Assembly (NCBI GenBank): GCA_951406725.2
Contig: OX597824.1
Coordinates: 85,932,001-85,996,000, forward strand
Direction: 5' to 3'
DNA: 64,000 nt
From: Octopus vulgaris
Lineage: Eukaryota
In this document: positions 55,747 to 64,000 of the stretch, piece by piece
Position numbering within the stretch: position 1 is the first letter of the stretch
Layout of the letters: each line of letters starts with the position of its first letter
The notes under the pieces: model-generated
Seen by the model: only the letters and a program-made list of their open reading frames with translations
What the model was told of the DNA's origin: nothing
Database searches by the model: none
Made by a program: the position numbers and the translations under genes

Positions 55747-55780
<34 letters not shown>
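55579..55780. repeat. Head-to-head pair of short tRNA-like elements with (AAT)n tails
   Basis: Both read TAGTGGTTAAGAG...GTTC(G/A)ATTCCAGGCAGTGA.CTGAATAATAAT on opposite strands. Confidence 0.8.
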
Positions 55781-55782
<2 letters not shown>

Positions 55783-55993
55783 GCAAAATACTTTCTACGT
55801 AATCTCAAGTTTTAAAACAAACATAATTTTCGTATGGTTCTTTAGGCATTCACTAGTACAACACTAAGTACAAAACCAAATATATGGCACCCTAGGCATA
55901 ACACCAACATGAACTTCCAACTTGTTGTCTCTTGAGGTCTCTGGGTGAGACTTGGAGCCAGCTTGTGCAAATGTAAAACAAAAGTCAAACATA

Positions 55994-56043
<50 letters not shown>

Positions 56044-56090
56044 TCAAAATATACCTTAGGAATGAGAACTCAGGTTCGAAATTTCCCCAA

Positions 56091-56136
56091 GAGACTTGAT
56101 GAAGGCTGGAGGGTGTATCAACCGAAACGTTGTGCT
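56091..56136 (+). ncRNA. Degenerate minimal hammerhead motif
   Basis: tTGATGA-a ggctg...caacc-GAAACGTT-gtg with the first core C mutated. Followed by an (AATGTAAAT)4 tail. Confidence 0.55.
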
Positions 56137-56234
56137 AACAAGAAACAAGATGAGGACAAATATCCGTCAAATGTAAATAATGTAAATAATGTAAATAATG
56201 TAAATAATTCCTCAGCTCTTAAATATAGAATTAC

Positions 56235-56348
56235 CCTGCACAAGAGTTCCAATTGATTTAAATTAGGAATAGGCATTTGAATGAGGGGAAATATAATCTG
56301 ATATGTTTCAGTCTTAATAAACCTCCTCAGCAAAGTACAGTCATTCAC
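56235..56348 (-). CDS. Candidate isolated internal exon (114 nt, phase 0/0) of an unidentified gene
   Basis: Minus strand has a CTAAG branch-like site, a long T-rich tract and CAG acceptor, an open frame VNDCTLLRRFIKTETYQIIFPLIQMPIPNLNQLELLCR, then an AGG|GTAATT donor. No homology recognised. Confidence 0.35.
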
Positions 56349-56663
56349 CTGTCAGTCAAATCCAAAGAAAAAAAAATAAAAAGAAAAAAAACTTAGTCTA
56401 TTTACAGCTGCAACCTGTACTCCCTGTGGTATTTGAGATTACAGCTTGAAAGATTGGGCTATTGAGAATTTGTATCTTTGATGGCAACAGGGAGCTGTAA
56501 CTGGGATGATGATGATGATGATGATGATGATCTTGATGATGGTGGTGGTGGTGGTGTTGATGGTGCTGGTAGTGGTAGTGGTAGTGGCAGCAGTGGTGGT
56601 AGTGGTGGTGGTGCTGCTACTGGTGGTAGTGGTGCTGGTGCTGCTGCTGGTGATGATGATGAA

Positions 56664-56699
<36 letters not shown>

Positions 56700-57315
56700 C
56701 TTGATAATAGTGGTGGGGTTGGTGGCAGTGGTGGTGGTGCTGCTGCTACTGCTGCTGCTACTACTACTGCTGCTGCTGCTGCTGCTGACGATGATGATGA
56801 TGATGATCTTAATGATGGTGGTGGTGGTGGTGGTGCTTTTGGTGGTGGTAGTGGTAGTGGTGGTGGTGGTGGTGGTGGTGTTCATGGTGAAGGGAAATAA
56901 TAAGAGGAGGAAGAAGAAAAGGAGGCAAAGAAGGCAGGAGTGAAGATGTAAGCCGATCTTGAGAGAGAGAGAGAGAGAGAGTTGATTGCTCCAGGTAATT
57001 TCTACCAAGGGAATCCTATAGAATTAGGTGTGAAAGAAAAGTGAAGGTGAAACCAGGTAACTCTTCCTACACACCTTGTCTTACCTTTAGTGCAGGTTAC
57101 GTAACTGTAATTGCTATCAAGCTCATCTGCACTCTCGTCTTCATCATTCCCATCCCCACCCTCATCATCGTCGTTGTCGTCGTTGTTGTCATTGTCATCA
57201 TCATCAACATCGTCATCATTAACATCATCATCATCAGCTGCAGCACCACCACCACCACCACTACCACCAAACCAGCCACCATCATCATCATCATCATCAT
57301 CATAATCATCACCAC

Positions 57316-57350
<35 letters not shown>

Positions 57351-57358
57351 CCACCACC

Positions 57359-57389
<31 letters not shown>

Positions 57390-59007
57390 CTGCTGTAATC
57401 TGTAGCCAACGAAAGTACCACCACCACCACTGCCACCACCAATCACCTAGGTGATTGCCACCACCACCACCACCACTGCAACCACCACCACCATCACAAC
57501 CACCACCAATCACCTACAATCAACACTTATAATTGCTACTGTCATCATCATCATCACCACCATCATTTACCACTAACATATGCTCCACTATTTGGAACCC
57601 AACAAGGGAACTTCTATATTAGGGGCTCTCAACGGGATTCCATATGGCCCTTGAGAGGCCCATATAAGATTTCACGTGCAATAAAATTGGTTTTTCTTCT
57701 CCAATGCACAAAATAGTCACTCTTTGGTCTTTTACTTGTTACAGTCATTTGACTGCTTCTGGTATTTTATTTACCGACCCCACCACAACAAAACGAAAGG
57801 CAAAGTTGACTTCCACAGGATTTGAACTCAAAATTCAGGGAGCCAGCTCAAATGTCACAAACACATTCTCTCAAATACCCTAATGAATGCCAATTAACTA
57901 ACAGCCTTTCGTAACTATATAAGACCTTATATACATACATTGGGTATCATTTATACACTACACTCTGGCTGTTTCCTCATACATTCCCACAGATGTAAGC
58001 AGATATCAGCATATTTTTCCTGTAACAAGACTCCAGTTCGTTTCTTAGTTGCTTTTTGCTCTATGTTGAACGTAATGCCGAGCCAGTGATACAGCTTCTA
58101 AATAGTAGTGCCCTGACCTGTTAGAAATAGCAGTCAAATCCCCCCCCCCCCCTTAAATCAAAGCCCTACCTACTACTACCTTAAAAATAGAAGGACACAT
58201 TGTATGATATAGTTGCAGCTGAAGTATAATTTAAAGTAACATGGAATGGTCATGGCTGGAATGGTTGTTGTTGTCGTCGTCTTCTTCTTCTTCTTCTTCT
58301 TCTTCTTCTCCTCCTCCTCCTCCTCCTCCTTCTTCTTCTTCTTCTTCTTCTTCTTCTTCTTCTTCTTCTTCTTCTTCTTCTTCTTCTTCTTCTTCTTCCA
58401 ATCAGGACTCACGCTAATAGCCACAAAGAATAATCTCTAATTCGAGCCTACTCTAAGCTATTAAGAATGCATGTGGCAACTTCAAGATCCACCCACCACA
58501 TGTGATAGACTGGCGGTTGCACGGGCGCGAAAGCTACGTTGTTATCCTCATTCTGTAAACAGTGGCTTTTAACGGGTGGAGAGCTGAACCATCCTGGGGT
58601 ACAGAGGATTCACAATCTAGACTAGGGTCTGAAAGTTTACCACACCATAATGGGTTACACCATGGTTCCTCTGCTTTGTGGCAGAAGTAGGAAGAAAGAG
58701 TGAGAGAAAGTTCTGGTGAAAGAGTACAGCAGGGTTCTCTCACTCTTTCTTACTGTTTCTTGAGTAACGCTGTGATGGACTGGTGTCCTGTCTAGCTGGG
58801 GGGAACACATACGCCACAGAAACCAGGAAACCAAGCCCATGAGCCTGGCTAGGCTTGAAAAGGGCGCATAAATAAAAAAAGTAAAATAATAATAATCAAT
58901 AATAAATCTCTTGCATACAGTTTTTCGAGATCAGTGATGAAAAGTTACTGGAAAAACGATATAAGGATTTGCATTGGGACCCCTTTCATCGAAAACCGGT
59001 GATTGTC

Positions 59008-59050
59008 GTACACTGATGACAGGTCAATACCTAGAAACTGCAGTCCGTGC
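59008..59050 (+). ncRNA. Minimal type I hammerhead ribozyme motif
   Basis: gtaca-CTGATGA-c aggt caat acct a-GAAAC-tgca-GTC-cgtgc, with palindromic stem III ACTGCAGT. Confidence 0.75.
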
Positions 59051-60394
59051 GTATCACTTAGGTTGACGAAGGAGGGATGACCTCCCTTTGCAAATACCAT
59101 AAGGGCACAGAAAGTGTGCCTAAAGCCAGCTGGAGACGATGTTCTCCTGGGGCTACAAGCTACAGTAACACCCACCCTTAGTGGTTAGCCATATTGAGAT
59201 GGCTAGTATAGGCGCAGGAGTGGCTGTGTGGTAAGTAGCTTGCTTACCAACCACATGGTTTCGGGTTCAGTCCCACTGTGTGGCACCTTGGGCAAGTGTC
59301 TTCTGCTATAGCCTCGGGCCGACCAAAGCCTTGTGAGTGGATTTGGTAGACGGAAACTGAAAGAAGCCCGTCATATATATGTATATATATATGTGTGTTT
59401 GTGTGTCTGTGTTTGTCCCTCTAGCATTGCTTGACAACCAATGCTGGTGTGTTTACGTCCCCGTCACTTAGCGGCTCGGCAAAAGAGACTGATAGAATAA
59501 GTACGGGGCTTACAAAGAATAAGTCCCGGGGTCGAGTTGCTCCAGCATGGCCGCAGTCAAATGACTGAAACAAGTAAAAGAGTATGCCTTACATTAAAAT
59601 AATAATAATAACAATGGTTTCAAATTTTGACTCGTGACCTGAAATTTGGGGCTGGGGTTGTTAATTACATTGATAAAAAATAAGGTGCTTCACCAGTACC
59701 CTAAATTATCCACCCTTGGAGGGATGAAAGGCAAAGTTGACCTCAGCAGGATTTGGACTTGTAACATGAAGAACCAGAATAAATAGGGCAAGGAGTTTTT
59801 TTTTGTGGTTTTTCTGACATTTCAGCAATTCAACCAACTCAACTCACAAATGATGATGGTACTGTTGCAGAAGTTGGTGATGGTTGTGATGATGGTGATG
59901 ATGGCAATGATGGCGGTGGTGGTGTTGGTGGTGGTGGTGATGATGGTGGTGGTGGTGATGGTGGTGGTGGTGGTCGTGGTGGTCGTCGTCATGGTAGAGG
60001 TGACGGTGACAATAATGAATGGTGCTGCTGCTGCTGCTGATGATGATGATGACGATGACGATGATGATGATGAGGAGGAGGAGAAGGAGGAGGGGCAGAA
60101 GGAGGAGGAATTTTATGATGATGATGATAATGACAACAATGGTGAGGAAGATGATAATAACGCTGATGACGACAACAACACTGACAACAACTACGATGAT
60201 GACAATGATGGTGGTTGTGGTAGCAATAGTGATGATGATGATGACGCCGCCGCCGCCAACAACAATGATGACAATGACAACGACAGCGTTGATGATGATG
60301 ATGATGATGATAATAATGATGACGATGACGACAACAATGACGACGACGGCAATGATGATGATGATGATGATGACGACAACGCCAAGAATGATGG

Positions 60395-60441
<47 letters not shown>

Positions 60442-60475
60442 ATGGTGATGATGTTGGTGATGATGATGATGGTGG

Positions 60476-60581
<106 letters not shown>

Positions 60582-61355
60582 GACAACGATGGCGATGGTG
60601 TTGGTGGTGGTGATAGGGTGGGGCTGGGGGCGAGATGATGCCGATAGCCCTATAGCCTGATAGCCCTGATGATGACACCCACGAAGGCAACGATGACGAC
60701 GACGTCAACGGTGACGATGACAACGACGACGACAACAATGTGTATAACGATGACAATGATGACGACATGACAACAATGGTTTCAACAAACAACAGCCATA
60801 ACAACAAAAAGACAACAAACAACACCAACAACAACTGCAAAATTGTTATTGCATTTATAACCATAATTTTAATTCCCTTTTTTTTTCCTTATTTCTTTTT
60901 CTTTCTTTCCTTTTTTCTCTTTTCTTTTTCTTCTCTTTTTTGGTATTTGTTTTGACAGATGTGCTAAAACAAAAGCCTCTCTGTAGTCCTAACTTCTGAA
61001 ACAGAAATAAGCTAAATAACCATGTGTTGTTTTTTCATTTATTTTCCAAACTAAATGTCATCTCTTCTGTCTGTTCTATTGATTTTATTTCTCCGGGTAT
61101 AGGCATGAGGTCCTTTTCTAAGAACACACACACATGCACACATACACACTCACAAATATATATATATACACACACAAACACACACATTTATATATGTATA
61201 TATATACACACACATATACTCACACATATACGCACACACACACACACACACATATATACCCACATGCAAACATATTTATAATTGCTATGGATTACATCCA
61301 ATTTGATAGAAACTGAGTGTATTTCTTACTGTTATTTATTTTACGTACATATATA

Positions 61356-61413
<58 letters not shown>

Positions 61414-61461
61414 TAGATAGATGTATATATTTGTATATATGTATGTATGTGTGTATGTATG

Positions 61462-61528
<67 letters not shown>

Positions 61529-61572
61529 TTATTATATTCATACATATATTTATACATGTACATATATACATA

Positions 61573-61665
<93 letters not shown>

Positions 61666-61711
61666 ATCTATATATATTCAATTTCTGAACATCACACCTA
61701 ACACTCTCTAC

Positions 61712-61748
<37 letters not shown>

Positions 61749-62228
61749 TATATACATATATGTATATGTGTGTGTATGTGTGTGTATGCCTGTATGTGCA
61801 TGGGAGTGTATGTGAGTGTGTGTGTATGTGTAGATATGTGTGTGTGTGTGTGTGTGTGTGTGAGTGTGCGTGCCTGCATGCATGTGTGCCATGTTCCCAC
61901 ACACATGTGCACGCATTTGGGCGAGTGTCTCCACTCCACATTGGCCCAGACTGATAAAGGACAAGTGAATACTAACCTGTTGGGATTTGAACTTTAGGAA
62001 AAATGTCAATTGCCAAAGAAATTACTGTGAAGAGTATTGCATGGTTCTCAACCAAGTAACATACCATTCTCTCTTACCATTCTGTGCTTCCCCATCGCTC
62101 TTACCCTAAAGTGGTCATTATGTCAGTTTGTTTCCCTAAGTATATAAGAGATATTTTTCTTTTTTTTTATCAAAGTGCAGAGAATGCATTCTGTCATGTG
62201 ATAGCGATGGTTAACTATCATTAGGATG

Positions 62229-62294
<66 letters not shown>

Positions 62295-62700
62295 CTCTTT
62301 CCCTCTCTCTCTCTCTTTCCCACGTCTCTCTCTTTCCTTCTCTTTCTCTGTTAAACGTACGTTCGTACAAACATTCTTTCATATATGCATACATGCATGC
62401 ATGCGTACATACATACATACACACATATATACATACATATACATATATACATGCATACATATGCACACGCACGCATGCGAGCGCGCATACATATGTATAC
62501 TCTCTTATTCTTTTGTTTCAGTCTTGAGGTTCTGGCCATGCTGGGGCAGCATATATGTACATATCTCTCTATATATGTATGTGTATGTACACACGTGTGT
62601 GTGCACACACACACACACACACATTTACATATATGTATAAATATATATGTGCATGTATGTATGCATATATATATATATGTATGTGCGTGAAATATATGTA

Positions 62701-62757
<57 letters not shown>

Positions 62758-62900
62758 GTGTGTGTGTATATATATGTGTCTATATATATATATATATATA
62801 TACATATATGCATACATATATGCACGTATATTCATATGTACATGTGTGTGTATATATATACATATGCATGTATATGTGTATATATATTTGTGAGTGTGTG

Positions 62901-62939
<39 letters not shown>

Positions 62940-63591
62940 GCATACATATATGCACGTATATTCATAAGTACATGTGTGTGTATATATATACATATACATG
63001 TATATGTGTATATATACTTGTGTGTATGTGTGTATATATATATATATATATACATACATACATACATACATACATACATACATACATACATACATACATA
63101 CATACATACATACACATACACATGTATTGCATATGCATGTGTCTGTGAATATACATGTGGAAGTATGTGTATATGTATATATATATATATATGGTGTGTG
63201 TAGATATATTTATGTTTGTATGTTTGAATGTGCATGTATGCATATGTACGCGATGTGCGTGTGTGAGTATATTTGACATCCAGCTTTTTGTTGATATACT
63301 TAAATGCTATTAATTCTAAGCTCATGAATAATTAACCCAACACATATGTCACTCTCAGAGATGACAAGGTCGACTGCCGGTGTGGGAGAACGGAGGAGGT
63401 ATCCTTCTTATCAGCAGATACTCAATTGTTGAAGTAGGAATTCCTATTGTTTTTCATCAGTTACATAAGTGATTATGAGTTAATTGTCTCCATCAACAGC
63501 TCTTCGTTAGCTGTTGTAGGAATTCGTCATATAACTCAAAAAACTATCGTCAGCAACCAAGCTATTTAACTACAAAGCATTATTAGCCCCC

Positions 63592-63805
63592 GTGCCAATG
63601 GCACGTAAAAGGCACCATCCGACCGTGGCCGTTTGCCAGCCCCGTCTGACACCTGTGCCGGTGGCACGTAAAAAGCACCATCCGACCGTGGCCGTTTGCC
63701 AGCCCCATCTGGCACCTGTGCCAGTGGCACGTAAAATGCACCATTCGACCATGGCCGTTTGCCAGCCCTATCTGGCACCTGTGCCAGTGGCACGTAAAAA
63801 GCACC
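63592..63805 (+). repeat. 63-bp tandem repeat (3 full units + start of a 4th) inside the RTE-type retroposon
   Basis: Units start at 63592, 63655, 63718 and 63781. Confidence 0.9.
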
Positions 63806-64000
63806 CACTACACTCACGGAGTGGTTGACATTAGGAAGGGCATCCAGCCGTAGAAACATTGCCAGATCAGACTGGGCCTGGTACAGCCTCCTGGCTTCCC
63901 AGACCCCAGTTGAACCATCCAACTGATGCTAGCATGGAGGGCGGACACTAAACGATGATGATGATGATGATGATGTTAAAGAGAGAAGAACTGCTCCAGT

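Overview
AT-rich animal genomic DNA dominated by microsatellites and transposable elements. The repeat landscape looks like an octopod cephalopod (inferred from the tRNA-derived SINE families and (TA)n/(CATA)n density, not from a database search). There is one clear protein gene: an intronless 1013-aa LRR + coiled-coil ORF (LRRCC1-like, minus strand, 48909-51950). A duplicated cassette holds two identical tRNA-Gly(GCC) genes, each followed within 20-29 nt by a 5S rRNA-like copy that runs into a SINE. The window also has at least eight minimal type-I hammerhead ribozyme motifs from several unrelated Penelope-like families, and a SINE family forming head-plus-repeated-body concatemers with one fixed junction. 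Other mobile DNA includes Merlin-like MITEs (one nested in another, carrying TTAGGG-like repeats), a complete non-autonomous Helitron, and remnants of mariner, DD37D, pogo, CR1/L2, RTE and CRE-like elements. Several long fold-back palindromes sit next to (TA)n tracts. Nearly all other ORFs in the track are microsatellite artefacts.
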